Positions 41,938 to 53,175 of a stretch of DNA of 64,000 bases are shown in pieces; within the stretch, counting starts at the first letter, position 1, and every line of letters begins with the position of its first letter. The DNA lies in assembly GCA_963771075.1 (NCBI GenBank), contig CAVYSE010000028.1:160001-224000 (forward strand), written 5' to 3'. Below the pieces are notes generated by a model, which saw only the letters and a list, made by a program, of their open reading frames with translations, was not told the origin of the DNA and made no database searches. Position numbers and translations under genes: made by a program. This stretch comes from a candidate division FCPU426 bacterium. Its GTDB lineage: Bacteria > Oederibacteriota > Muellerivitia > Muellerivitales > Muellerivitaceae.

Positions 41938-42921
41938 TCAATCCATCAAACGGCAGACGTCATCGATGAACTTGTTGCGGGAGGAAGGTTGATTTAAGCA
42001 GGTTTGAATCAACTGGGCAAGGGGAACGGGCGAGGCCGTCCCCAGGGCCCGCAGGACGATCGGCGCGTTTTGCGCCCCCTCGGGCAGGATGATACTCAAC
42101 CGGGCCAAGGCCTTTTCCGTCTCCACTCCCGTTCCCAACAGTTCCCCCAGCCGACGGTTATGGGAATCCCGGGAAAAACCGGTGGTGATCAAATCCCCCA
42201 AACCCGCCAGGCCGTCCAGCGTTTGGGGTTTGGCGCCCCAATGGGCCGCGGCGATTTTCATTTCACGCAAAGCGAGGGTCGCGAAGGCCGATTTCAGGTT
42301 GGCGGAGCCGTGGTTGAGCCCGTCCAAGAGGCCGAAGCCGATGGCGTAAATGTTCTTGAGCACTCCGCCGATCTCCACGCCAGCCATGTCCCCGCTCACC
42401 TCAACGTGGAAGTAGGGGTTGCGCAATACCTCTGCGGCCTTTTGGGCGTGGGAGAGTGCCCCCGCCACCACCACCGCGGTGGGCCTTTTCATGGCGAATT
42501 CATTCGCGATGGAAGGCCCCGACAGGGCCATGTAATTCTCGCTGGAGTGGGGGGAAGCGGTGGCGTAAACCTCGCTCATTCGCCGGCCCGTGCCCGGTTC
42601 CAGCCCCTTGGCGGCCCCCAGGACCAGGGCTTGGGGCACGGCGAAGGGGGAAAATTCTTTCACCACATTGGCGAAATAGGGGGAGGGAACGCATACGAGG
42701 ATGAGCTGGGCTTCCCGAACCACGTGGTGAAGCAGATGATCCGCGGTGATGGCGGGAGGCAGGGCGATTCCGGGAAGGAACCGCTGGTTGATGTGGTTCT
42801 TGCGGATATCCTCGACCACCTCGGGGATATGGTCCCAACAGGAAACCGTGTGGCCATTGTCGGCCAAAACCAGCGCCAGCGCGGTCCCCATGTTGCCTGT
42901 GCCGATGATCGCGGTTCGCAA
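41938..42921 (-). CDS. gpsA: NAD(P)H-dependent glycerol-3-phosphate dehydrogenase
   Basis: GTGNMGTALA, AKGLE, LSGPS.A.E, GG.LKN, GLAGLGDL..T....S.N, EG. Confidence 0.93.
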   Translation of the reverse strand: MRTAIIGTGNMGTALALVLADNGHTVSCWDHIPEVVEDIRKNHINQRFLPGIALPPAITADHLLHHVVREAQLILVCVPSPYFANVVKEFSPFAVPQALVLGAAKGLEPGTGRRMSEVYATASPHSSENYMALSGPSIANEFAMKRPTAVVVAGALSHAQKAAEVLRNPYFHVEVSGDMAGVEIGGVLKNIYAIGFGLLDGLNHGSANLKSAFATLALREMKIAAAHWGAKPQTLDGLAGLGDLITTGFSRDSHNRRLGELLGTGVETEKALARLSIILPEGAQNAPIVLRALGTASPVPLAQLIQTCLNQPSSRNKFIDDVCRLMD

Positions 42922-42990
42922 GAGCCCTCCCGAAGGTATGACCGAAGAATTCCATTATAGCTTTGGCAGGAAGGAGGGGAGGCCTTTCTT

Positions 42991-43022
42991 AAAAAGAAAA
43001 GGCTCCCCGGCGCCGGGGAGCC
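42991..43022 (-). terminator. Intrinsic terminator after the giant lipoprotein gene
   Basis: GGCTCCCCGG-cg-CCGGGGAGCC with TTTTCTTTTT on the minus strand. Confidence 0.8.
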
Positions 43023-43053
43023 CTAAAGGCTTCCAGTCAACTTCTAAAGAGTA

Positions 43054-46000
43054 TCAGTAATACATCACCGATAGGCGGCTGTTGTTGGAACCATCCGCGT
43101 AAGCCACGAAAGGCACGACGCCGTTGAAGGCCAAGCTAAGGAAAAGGTTCGTGTTCGGGGAAAAACTCGGATTTCCTACTGTCGACCAACTGCCGCCTGA
43201 ATAATCCATGACGGTAGCCTCATCGTTGCTATTGTTCGTAAAGGCCACATAGGGAACCCCGCTGGGGTTAAAGGCCAGGGCCACGTTTCCATAGGTGGCC
43301 GGGGAGAAATCCGCGCTTCCCACCGCCGACCAACTGCCTCCGTTATATTCCATCACGGTCAATTCATCGTTATTGCCGCTATCCTCGAAAGCCAGGTAGG
43401 GGGTATTACCGCTGTTGATGGCCAAAGAGGGGGATATGGCATTTGAAAAAACCGTTCCGCCTACTGTCGTCCAAGTCCCACCGGTATATTCCATTACCTT
43501 GCTCACAAATGAAGTCCCCGAACTTTCAAAGGCCACATAGGGGTTGCCGCTACCGTCGACAGCCAAGGAGGGGTAGAATCCAACCCCCACGGACGTCCCT
43601 CCCACCGTCACCCAATTGCCCCCGCTGTAATCCATCACATAGATCGTGGGCGTACCGGGGTTGGTATCATCCATAAAGGCCACATAGGGCGTCCCACCGC
43701 TCATGACCAGCGTCATCTCCTCCGCTGTGGCGGAAGAAAAATCCAAGCTTCCCACGTAGGACCAGCTCCCGCTATAAGCCATGACCGAGGGCTTGTAAGT
43801 GGCGTCCGAGAAAGCGACATAGGGCGTGTTGTTGTTAAAGGCCAAGGCGAGGCCCCCGTAAATGATTTGTGGCGAAAAATCAGGATTGCCGACCGTGACC
43901 CAGGTCCCCCCCACGTCCTCCACCACGGTGGCTTTATCGGAGTTGTTGTAATCGATAAAGGCTACGTAGGGGTTGTTATTACTGTCGAAAGCCAGTTGTC
44001 CCAATGTAACGCCCCCTGAGGTGAAGTCAGGGCTCCCTTCATAAGTCCAATATGCTCCCGTTGGGGTGGTTGTAGGAGTAACAGTCATGGTCGATGTCGG
44101 ATAATAAGTAACCGTGGGTGTGGGAGTGACGGTCCCGCAACTGATTGTAATGGAGACGGTATTGCTGGTCACCGGCGCCCCGCCGGGTAAATTGACGGTC
44201 GCGTTGTCGGACACAACCTGGCAAAGATCCGATCCCTGCAGGTAATAAGCGGTCAAGAGGAAGGTTATCGGCGCGCAATAACCCGCCGGGAGGTTGTCGA
44301 GCGTAAAAGTCAGGTTAGGCATCTCTTCGGATATAGGGCTCAGGGTAACGGTCGAGGAACCAACTGTTTCAGTCCAGGTACTATAGGGCCCGAAGTACGA
44401 CCAGCTCAGCGGATTGGTGATGTTATCCGTCACCGTCACCCCCATGGCGGGTCCTGTCGATCCGGCGCTGTTGCAAACATTCATGATGAAGGTTATGGGC
44501 GTCCCGTTTTCCATATAACCCGAAGTGGGGCCTAAAGTAGTTTTACTGATGGTCAAGGACACTCCCGGGGTCGGGGTGGACGTCACCGTGAAAGTGGGAG
44601 TAATCGTAACGGAAGAAAGAAGTTGGATATAGGTCAGGGCGTTAGATGTCGCATTCCCGGAGGGCCAGCTGACCGCGCCCTGGTTCACTAAGGTGATACC
44701 GGTACTTCCAAGGACATCGTAATACTGGATCAATTGTGCCGTCATCGTAACGCACCCGGTCCCCAAACTCGGGAACACGAGGGTGTTGTCGCTGGCCGTA
44801 GGCTCGTTCCCCAGACCGTTCATGGGGGTGAAATAACACAAGGTATAGGGTTGGATCGAGTCCCCATAACCCCAACACCCGAAACCAAAGGAATTGGCAC
44901 CTGTGAAATTCTCTGAAATGTTATCTACGACTGTAGTGGGCCCCGTCGTGACCGGCCCGCCCGAGTTGCATAAGGCGAGACTGTAGTTGATGGTCACGGT
45001 ATTATTTGAGGTATTGGTGACCGCGCTGGCCATGGTTTCGGAAAGGGTAAGGTTGGGCGGTCCCAGAAGATTATGGGATTGAGGAATAGTCGCGCATTGC
45101 CGCCAGAAGAGAGCGCCCGTCGAATTGGAGGGGGAGTAATCCCCCGAGCAATTGTTCGAGATAAATGGCAGGTCGGCTCCACTGGTAGGATCGAAAAGAG
45201 TGTTGGCCCATGTAGAGATTGTCACGCCGCTGGAGCAATAGCTAGTGCTGAAACTACCGCCTGTATAGGCTGGGCTGTACCAGGGATTTCCGCTCCCATC
45301 GCTCGCCGGAACAGGCGCAGGGTTTCCAGTAGCTACATAATCCACCGAGATGCCAGTTCCCGAGCTGGTAATCTCCGAATGTCCTCCGCTGGAACAAGTG
45401 ACATCCAGATCCCATGCGGAATAGTTGTTATTGGGGCTGGTGTTTTGGGTTTCAATGGCCAAACAGACTTCGGAGCCCGTCAAGAGGGCGGTCGGCACGC
45501 TCATGCAGGTTGGATTGGCCACGCCGCTGGTTCCAGGCGCGCCAGCGTAGGGGAAGGTCCCAATCAGGGTTCCCCCGATATAAACGACGGAATAGTCGTC
45601 GCTTGACACGCAGATTGAGGCGGCGACGGGACTGCAAAGCGAGGAAGCCGGGGTGGAAGTTACAGTGGGGGTTACCGAGTCTGTCACTGTGGCCGTTGTG
45701 GAAGGAGTGGAACTAATGGTGGCCGTCGGCGTGGCTCCCGCAGGGCAATAATTCGCGTAGATCAAAAAATCACCCGGGTAAGTGGAGGTCACGGAAAAGG
45801 TCGAGGGGAAAGGCCCAAAGGTGACATTATCTAAAACCCCGGCGTTGGGGTTCGAATCACCGACATAACCCAGGTCCAGCGTAGAGCTAGGAGGCCCGAT
45901 GTTGGAAATCTCCCCTTGGGCCGCCAGCCAATAGTTTCCCGCCGCCAAAAAAGTCGGCGTAATGGGGGCATACTGCCACGTTTGGCCATAAACAAAGGAA

Positions 46001-48335
46001 ACGGGGTTGGACTGGACGATGAGGGTTCCGGGTCCCGAACCCGTATCCGAATAGATCGCCATGCTCACTTGCCCCAGGGGGTTGGGATAGGGAGTCGCAA
46101 AGGGGATTTGGGCCACGAGTTCGTTCACTAAGGCTCCCTGGGGCAGGCTGTATTTGGTGGAGGCGATATTCGACCCCAGGATGGTTCCATAAATACCAAT
46201 AAGGGTATTAACGGATGCTGCGGGATTAGCGCCAAAAGTGGTTGAGGGTCCGGAACAGGGGGGAGGGTAGGCGTATTAACCACTGTTGAATCCAACACGG
46301 GTGTGACTGTGACGGTGGGAGTTATGGTCATGGTCAAGGTGGGGATCGAGGAAGTTTGGGTTAACGTCGCAAGGGGCGTACCTGATAGTGGACAGCCCGA
46401 GGTGTATATCGAAAATAGGTTGCCGGTCGGGCCGGGTGTCGTCACCACCGTTATTTGGGCCGGTATGGATGAATAATTAACTACAACGCCGGCTGAGGTC
46501 ATAACCGCTCCGGTAACGCCGGATGAAAAGAGAATGCCCGCTTTATCGGTGACAAAACCCAACCAAACGTAGGCACCCGCATTCACCGTGACGGGTTGGG
46601 TCAGGGGGGCGGTCATCCATCCTGAACCCACAAAGAGCAGGGGCCCGGTTTGCCCTAAGAGAGAGGTGGGCCCGGTGCCGCTTCCGTTATCGGCATAGAC
46701 CGCTAAATTGAAATCCGTGTAAGTGGCGCCGTAGAGGGGGCTGAAATAGGTGGACATGGTCTGAAGGGTCATGTTTTCAGGTATTTGGAAACGGTTTAAA
46801 TAAAGATCACCGATGACGCTATTCGATGAGGTCTCTGGGTTGACATCGCCCACATTCACCGAACCTGGGCAAAGCGTATAGGTACTCACGGGCGTGTTCA
46901 CCAGGAGAGTGGATGTCGGAGTGACGGTGTTTGTGAAAGTGGTGGTCATGGTGACGGTCCCCTCGACGGTGGGAGTCGCCGTATTCGTAAGGGTAGGTGT
47001 TAGTGTGTTCGCCAGGGTGGCCTGGGGAGACCCCGTCGGGGTGGGCGTGGTGGTATTCGTGGCACCCGAGGGGCAGAACTCCAAGTACATACCCAAATAA
47101 CCTGTGTTGGAGGTGTCACTTCCCGCGTAAGAATAAATGCTTCCGGTATTCTGAGTCAGGTAGGAACCCATCAAACTATCCCCCCCCATCACAATCCCAG
47201 TTCCCAAGGGCTGGATCGCCAGCCAATAACTCGAGCTTGAGTCAACAACCGGGTTATTAATGGCAATGGTGTTCCAGGCTTGTATGGACGAAGTGTTACC
47301 TCCAAAGGCCAAAGCCGTACCCGGCTGGCCTCCGTTATCCGAATAAAGTGCCATCGAGACACCCGCCCCTGGGTTATAAGAAAAGTAATGCAAGACTGGA
47401 ACCGTCCCAGACATTCCAGAGCCAATACTCATGAAATAAACTTCCCCGTTTACCATGGAGATCGGCGAGCTGTAATAAGGTTCGCCTCTCCAATTCCCTC
47501 CAGTGCACACAACGGTGGGCATGTAAACCGTCGTGGTGTTCGTCAAGGTCGCCGTGGTCGTCACCAATGGAGTGGGAGTTAAGGTGGCGGAAAAGAGAGG
47601 CGTGGAGGTGGACGTGATGGTCAAGAAAGAGACGGCGGAGGAAGTGAGGGTGGCCGTCGGGGTCACTGAATGGGTTTGGGTAACCGACGGGGTGACAGTG
47701 GATGTCAGGGTCGCGGGTTGGGTAGGCGTGGGGGTGATAGTCGAAGTCGCGGTAATGGTGTAGGTGGGGGTGGTCGATAAGCAGGGCACGGTCAGGGTCA
47801 CGGGGATGGTGAGGAAATACCCCGCGGAATTCCAAGACACGCTATTGAAGATCACGGAGGACTGGCAGTCGTTGTTCGGGTAATAATAGTTTTCCAACAA
47901 TTGGGTGATGGTCACGCAGGCACCCGCGGCGAGGCCGCTGGGGAAAACCATGGTCGTCCCACTGGCGTTGGGGTTCGGGGAGGTTCCCGTGGAATAGGGA
48001 AAAGTTCCGTTGAAACCCCATCCCAGGAACTGAAACCCGCCGTTATTGGCGGGCATGGTCTCGACCACCGTAACAGGTACCGTGACGGCAGCCCCGCTAT
48101 TGCAAAGACCCATGCACAAGGTGATGGCCAGGCTGGAACCCGAGGTAACGGCACCCCCGCAGGGGTAATACATCAAAGAAACCCCCAAACTGGGGACAAC
48201 CGGGGTGTAGGCGACGGTAGCAGTTGGCGATTGGTTGGTGGGTTGGGTGGGTAATATGGATCGGTTACAGCTGATGCTGCCCAGAATCGCCAGGCCGACA
48301 AACATAAACAACGAGGAGATATTAAGCTTTGACAT
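43054..48335 (-). CDS. Giant (~1,760 aa) multidomain surface lipoprotein; one frameshift near 46260 splits it into two ORFs
   Basis: Lipobox GSISC with SD GGAGG; an alternate frame bridges the gap (PCSGPSTTFG...PQGALVNELVAQ); DUF11-like modules, three Y(S/A)D..G.P modules, TPT linkers and C-terminal propeller repeats. Confidence 0.78.
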
Positions 48336-48632
48336 CGATGCCTCCAAAACCATATTACCAGTTTTCAAGATTTCCCCTGCCTTATAGCGTTATCCAGTGG
48401 CCTTTTATTCCAAATTTCATTACCTAAACTTTTTTCAGGGATTTCACCATAAAAACAGCCCTTTATAGTGATTGATGAGGACTTTTTATTTCATTCAAAC
48501 CAAAAATATTCTTATGGTTTTTCACATCCACAAAGGCCGGTGTGCTTTTAATATATGGAAGGACCCTAAGTTTTATCGGACGGGTTGAACCCCTCCCGGC
48601 TTATGGACCCCATTTATCCTTTGGATCGGCTT

Positions 48633-48995
48633 ATGAAACCACCATTCTTTAAAACCTGGGTTTGGCTTTTTCTTTTCCTTCTGACCGCGCTGTCCACCTC
48701 TGCCCTGCAAACTCCCGCTACTGGAACCTGTTTTGTTTACCCCTCCCCAGCCACCGGAAACCAGGCCTATGTGGTTTTCAACATGCCCCAAAGCGGGACC
48801 GCGACGGTTTGGGTCTACAACGAGGCCGGAGACCTGGCGACCGTGGTGGATCAATATGAAACGGCGGGTGTTCAGCAAACCTCGCTGGACCTCACCTACT
48901 TCCATCGGGGGATTTATCTCTGCCGGGTGACGCTTAACTTTGACGCGGGAGGAAACCAAACACTTCCCATTTTCAAGTTCATGGTTCGCCGTTGA
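48633..48995 (+). CDS. Small secreted protein consisting only of a T9SS type-A CTD-like domain
   Basis: Signal peptide, then VYPSPA...V.VYNEAG.L...GIY.CRV...KFMVRR. Confidence 0.72.
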   Translation: MKPPFFKTWVWLFLFLLTALSTSALQTPATGTCFVYPSPATGNQAYVVFNMPQSGTATVWVYNEAGDLATVVDQYETAGVQQTSLDLTYFHRGIYLCRVTLNFDAGGNQTLPIFKFMVRR

Positions 48996-50335
48996 TCTAC
49001 CAGCGGGTTTTCTCCCGGTTCCGAAGAAACTGTTTTTCCATACTTCTGGTAACGCTATTTCTTTTAGTGCCGCTGAAGCCCGCTCAATCCACGGTATACA
49101 GCACTTCGGAACTGCCGGATCCCTTGGAAGATGTGGGCCATTCTCCCCGGGCCGCTGCCATGGCCTCGGCCTTCACCGCCTCCCAAGGCACGGCCGATTC
49201 CATCTATTGGAACCCCGCCGGATTGGCGACTATTCCAACGTTCCAACTCTCACTCGTCCACCAAAGCTGGTACAGCGGAATTTTCAGGGAAAATATCACG
49301 GCCGCTTTTCCCGTCAATGATTTCGGCTCGTTCGGGTTGGGCGCGGATTACACCGGTTTCGGCACCCTTCAGGGCTATGACGGCAACGGCGACCCCACCA
49401 CCTCCTACCAACCCTACCGTTATTCCCTTTCCATTGGATGGGGAACCCAGATTATCCCTTCCCTCGCGGCCGGGTGGGTCGCCACGAGCCGTATGGATTT
49501 TCAATCCTCCGATGATCAATCCCTTTCCGGCTATCTTTCAGCCGGGTTTTTGTGGTGCCCATGGACCCCCTTCCGCGTGGGTGCCTTTTATTCCTTCCTG
49601 AATTCGGACGCTTTAGCCGGGATGGGCCTGCTCAAAATAGGCGGTTCCTGGTCCCCTGTTTTACTCAAGGATAGCCCCACCTTGTTTCTTTTGGATTTTT
49701 CCCTTCCCCCCTATGGGGTCTATTCCCTTCAAGGGGGGATGGAACAGAATCTCTGGGAAAACTTTTACGCCCGTGCGGGTTACCAGTGGGAATGGGACAA
49801 TAACGAAATCCCCGGTTTAAGGGGCATCACGGCCGGGGTGGGCATCCGTTTGGAGGACTGGGGATTGGATTACGCCTTTATTCCCTACGGCGACCTGGGC
49901 ACTTCCCAAACCCTGGGTTTGACCTATTTTTTCCCAGCCCCATTGGCTTCTCCCGCGATTCCCGCCTCTCCCCTACCCCCGAAACCCAAAACCACGATTG
50001 CACCCGGCGCGGCCTTTAAACCGGCCGAATCCCTGCTTCCGGGCGACAAATTGGTCAATGTGCAGGTTAATATCCAGCTGCCCCAAGACTCGGGTGAAGA
50101 GCCCCCCAGCCCGGTAGACCCCCAAATAAAGGAAGCCATTAGCCTGTTGGTTCAACAAGTGTCTAAAAATCCAAAGGATCCACAGGGCTGGAATAACTTG
50201 GGTAACCTATACTGGAAGATAGGCCGGAAGGATTTCGCGGCCCAATGTTTCGAGGAAATTCTCCAGTTACAACCTGCCAACCAGGCCCTGAAAGACTGGC
50301 TGGATCATTACAAAAAAGCGCATGCCAACAACTAA
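48992..50335 (+). CDS. PorV/PorQ-family outer-membrane barrel with Pro-rich linker and C-terminal TPR
   Basis: RAAAMASAFTA...SIYWNPAGL, H..W, RAGY, G.T.G.G, LDYAF.PYGDLG; TPR NPKDPQGWNNLGNLY. Confidence 0.82.
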   Translation: MIYQRVFSRFRRNCFSILLVTLFLLVPLKPAQSTVYSTSELPDPLEDVGHSPRAAAMASAFTASQGTADSIYWNPAGLATIPTFQLSLVHQSWYSGIFRENITAAFPVNDFGSFGLGADYTGFGTLQGYDGNGDPTTSYQPYRYSLSIGWGTQIIPSLAAGWVATSRMDFQSSDDQSLSGYLSAGFLWCPWTPFRVGAFYSFLNSDALAGMGLLKIGGSWSPVLLKDSPTLFLLDFSLPPYGVYSLQGGMEQNLWENFYARAGYQWEWDNNEIPGLRGITAGVGIRLEDWGLDYAFIPYGDLGTSQTLGLTYFFPAPLASPAIPASPLPPKPKTTIAPGAAFKPAESLLPGDKLVNVQVNIQLPQDSGEEPPSPVDPQIKEAISLLVQQVSKNPKDPQGWNNLGNLYWKIGRKDFAAQCFEEILQLQPANQALKDWLDHYKKAHANN

Positions 50336-50388
50336 CCCGGGGATGCGAATAAAATGCCCCCCCGCGACACTATAAGGAAAGGGTAGAA

Positions 50389-50967
50389 ATGCCAGAGGAA
50401 AAGGACCTGGTCCAGCGAATCCTCTCGGGTGACCGGGAGGCCCAAGACCTCTTCTACCGTGAATACTCCCACCGGTTGTTCCCGGTCTGCGTGCATTTCC
50501 TTGGAACGGGCGATTCGGACGCCGAGGATGTCGTGCAAGACACCTTCCTGGTCGCCTGGCGCAAACTCGGGGGTTTCCGCTTCGAATCGAGCCTTTACAC
50601 CTGGCTCAACCATATCTGCGTGAACCTCTGTTACGAAAGGCTCCGGAAACGCAAAAAAAACCTGGTTTCACTTGAAGAGGACCTGGAAAAGCTAACCCAG
50701 CCCCACAAGGGCTGGGTTCAAAAGAAGAAAGCCGAGGAGGAAGACGAGGAAAAAAAGGCCCTTTTGGTCCGGCTCAATCGGATCATCGATTCGATGGGAG
50801 AAAATTGCAGGCAGATACTGGTCCTGCGGGACCGCGAGGGGCAAAGCTACATCGATTTGGCCAGGAACTTAAAAATCCCGCCCGGAACGGTGATGTCCCA
50901 ACTGGCCCGGTGCCGGAAGGCCGTGTGGCATTTGATGCGAAATGAATTAAAGGAAGCGAAACCGTGA
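50389..50967 (+). CDS. ECF RNA polymerase sigma factor
   Basis: DAEDVVQDTF..AW, FRFESSLYTWL..I..N, SY..LA..L.IP.GTVMS.LAR. Confidence 0.93.
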   Translation: MPEEKDLVQRILSGDREAQDLFYREYSHRLFPVCVHFLGTGDSDAEDVVQDTFLVAWRKLGGFRFESSLYTWLNHICVNLCYERLRKRKKNLVSLEEDLEKLTQPHKGWVQKKKAEEEDEEKKALLVRLNRIIDSMGENCRQILVLRDREGQSYIDLARNLKIPPGTVMSQLARCRKAVWHLMRNELKEAKP

Positions 50968-51761
50968 TGGATCTGGTGGAAGAATATTTCAAGCGCGACT
51001 TGAGCGCCTCCGAGGAGACCCAACTGGCCAAGTTATTGGCCGGGTCGCCCGAGGCCGCCCAAAAGATGGCCGAGGGGATGGCCACACTCTTCCGCGCGGG
51101 CGGCGAGGCTGAACCCGCCTGGCCCGGGAAACCCCTGCCCCTCAGCCGGTGGACCGTCTCCGGTTCCTGGATCAAGATTGCTGTCTTTGCCCTGCTCAAC
51201 CTGGCCTTGATCGGCCTTTTGATCTACCTGATCCTCGGCTTTTTAAAGGCCCATGTCTCCACTCCCGCTCCCAAAGCCCAAGTGGAAGTCTCAACCCTGG
51301 TCCTGGACGAACCGGCTAAGGATGTCCGTAAGGCCGCATCGCGAAAGGCCTCGCCCCCGCCGGCCTCAAAACAAATGGAAGCCTCCGCTCCTTTCCTTCC
51401 TCCCCTTCCGGTCGAGGGGCCTAACTCCCAATCGGCCCTTCCGGCGCCCTCCTCGAACGCGGAGCCCGCCTCCCCCGCGGTCCCTCCCATGACAGCCTCG
51501 GGCAGGCAGTTCGAACAGCTTTCGGTGGTCATCAACAACCCCGAGGCCGGCCTGGCCACCGTCAAGGTCTACAACGCCGATCACGTCCTTGTCCGCCGGC
51601 TCTTTACCGGCATCCTTCCCGCCGGGACCCAGACCCTCGTTTGGGACGGCCGTACCGAGGAGGGCGCCGCCGCGCCTGCGGGAACCTACCAAATGGAAGT
51701 CCAATCCGGGGAAAAGATCATCCAGAGCGAGATCAAAATCAAGGCGGGTGACAACCCCTAA
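50964..51761 (+). CDS. Putative anti-sigma factor: N-terminal ASD-like helices, one TM, Pro/Ala linker, C-terminal FlgD-Ig/CTD-like domain
   Basis: Start overlaps the sigma stop codon; LVEEYF..DLS.SEE..L..LL; C-terminus VKVYN....LVRRL..G.LPAG...L.WDGR...G...PAGTY. Confidence 0.75.
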   Translation: MMDLVEEYFKRDLSASEETQLAKLLAGSPEAAQKMAEGMATLFRAGGEAEPAWPGKPLPLSRWTVSGSWIKIAVFALLNLALIGLLIYLILGFLKAHVSTPAPKAQVEVSTLVLDEPAKDVRKAASRKASPPPASKQMEASAPFLPPLPVEGPNSQSALPAPSSNAEPASPAVPPMTASGRQFEQLSVVINNPEAGLATVKVYNADHVLVRRLFTGILPAGTQTLVWDGRTEEGAAAPAGTYQMEVQSGEKIIQSEIKIKAGDNP

Positions 51762-51773
51762 CCTGGGTGCGGC

Positions 51774-52556
51774 CTAATTCAGGGCTTCTTCCAAAACACG
51801 GAAGAACGAATCCCGCGCCTTCTTTTCCATCCAGGGTGTGTGGCCGCATTTTTCCAACAGGACCCATTTGAATTCGGATAGGACCGCCTTCAAGGGCTCC
51901 TCCACGCCTAAGGCAGGGTGGGGATCATGGTTTCCGTGGATGGCTACCACCGGGCAATTGATCTTCTTCACTTCTTCCATCAATTTTCCGCTTTTTCGCA
52001 TACTCGAAGCCTCTTCCCAAATCGTTTGGAACTGCTCCAGGTTCAAGGCCATTCCCTCATGCCTCATGGGCAGGGGGTCATAATCATCGGCAATGGACAT
52101 GAGTTCCCCCAAACGGGCGAATTCCTCCGGGTGCTCCATTTTTTTCCTTAACATCACGTTCGCTTCGTCTTTTTCCCTTTTGCATAAACGCCCCAGGCGG
52201 GTTTTCGTCATTTCCCCCACGTATTTTTCCTCAAAGGGTCCGCTGGAAATTAGAATGATTTTTTGGACGAGACCCGGATACCGGGCGGCGGTCAGGCAGG
52301 CCAGCCAGGCGCCCCAGGAATAACCCACCAAACAAACGGGACCGGAGGCCTGTTCCTCCAATAGGATCCTTAGTTCCTGCACCAGGCCTTCGATGGAAAA
52401 CCTTGTTTGAAGGGGTTCCAGTATCCCGCGCTTTAAGGCCAATTCCCGCGCCACGGGTGCCATCTCACCCGGCGCGCCCGGCCCCCCGTGAAGGAGAGCC
52501 ACTTTGTAGGGGGAAGGGCCGTAGACTCGGAGGTTTTCCACGCGTTTTTCCCTCAA
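51774..52556 (-). CDS. Alpha/beta hydrolase
   Basis: LHGGPG, GYSWG, HG..D, CGH.PW.E. Confidence 0.88.
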   Translation of the reverse strand: MREKRVENLRVYGPSPYKVALLHGGPGAPGEMAPVARELALKRGILEPLQTRFSIEGLVQELRILLEEQASGPVCLVGYSWGAWLACLTAARYPGLVQKIILISSGPFEEKYVGEMTKTRLGRLCKREKDEANVMLRKKMEHPEEFARLGELMSIADDYDPLPMRHEGMALNLEQFQTIWEEASSMRKSGKLMEEVKKINCPVVAIHGNHDPHPALGVEEPLKAVLSEFKWVLLEKCGHTPWMEKKARDSFFRVLEEALN

Positions 52557-52571
52557 TTAAAAATTGGAGGT

Positions 52572-53159
52572 TTAGGGGCGAGGGGTCTTGTTTCGGGTTT
52601 TGATCTTGGGAGCGGACTTGCCTTTAGGGATGGCGCCGAGTTGCCGCAGGATCCTATCGCAAATTCGTTCGACGGGGGAATCGCCCCCATCCACCGTCAG
52701 GTCGGCATATCGTTCGTACAGGGGCTTGCGTTCCCGGAAGAGGGCAGTCAGGGTGTTCCCTCCCCGGCGCACCACCGGCTCGCCGGACCAGTCCCCCATC
52801 CGCCGCTTCACTTGCGCGAGGGAAACCTTCAGGAAAAGGCAAAGGCCCAGGGACTTCAAATGCCGCATGGCTTTAGGGTAATAAACCGCGCTTCCCCCGG
52901 GGGCGATCACGCAATGGCGCGTGCGAAGCGTGAGGATGACCTCCTCCTCCGCCTTCATGAACCCCTTCATGCCCAATTGGTCCAGCACCCTCTTGATGGG
53001 TTTTTGGTACCGCCGCTCGATCAACTGGTCCACGTCCACGAAGTCATAGCGGATCTTTTCGGCCAATTGCCGGCCCACGGTGCTTTTGCCGCTCCCGAAC
53101 ATCCCGATCATGACCAGGTTGTTCGGAATGGCTTTGCGGTTCAACTCGATAGTGGCCAT
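52572..53159 (-). CDS. aroK: Shikimate kinase
   Basis: IGMFGSGKSTVG, D.D..IE, F...E, PGGS, ER..LY...AD. Confidence 0.88.
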   Translation of the reverse strand: MATIELNRKAIPNNLVMIGMFGSGKSTVGRQLAEKIRYDFVDVDQLIERRYQKPIKRVLDQLGMKGFMKAEEEVILTLRTRHCVIAPGGSAVYYPKAMRHLKSLGLCLFLKVSLAQVKRRMGDWSGEPVVRRGGNTLTALFRERKPLYERYADLTVDGGDSPVERICDRILRQLGAIPKGKSAPKIKTRNKTPRP

Positions 53160-53175
53160 AAGCCCCGTTCTTCCC

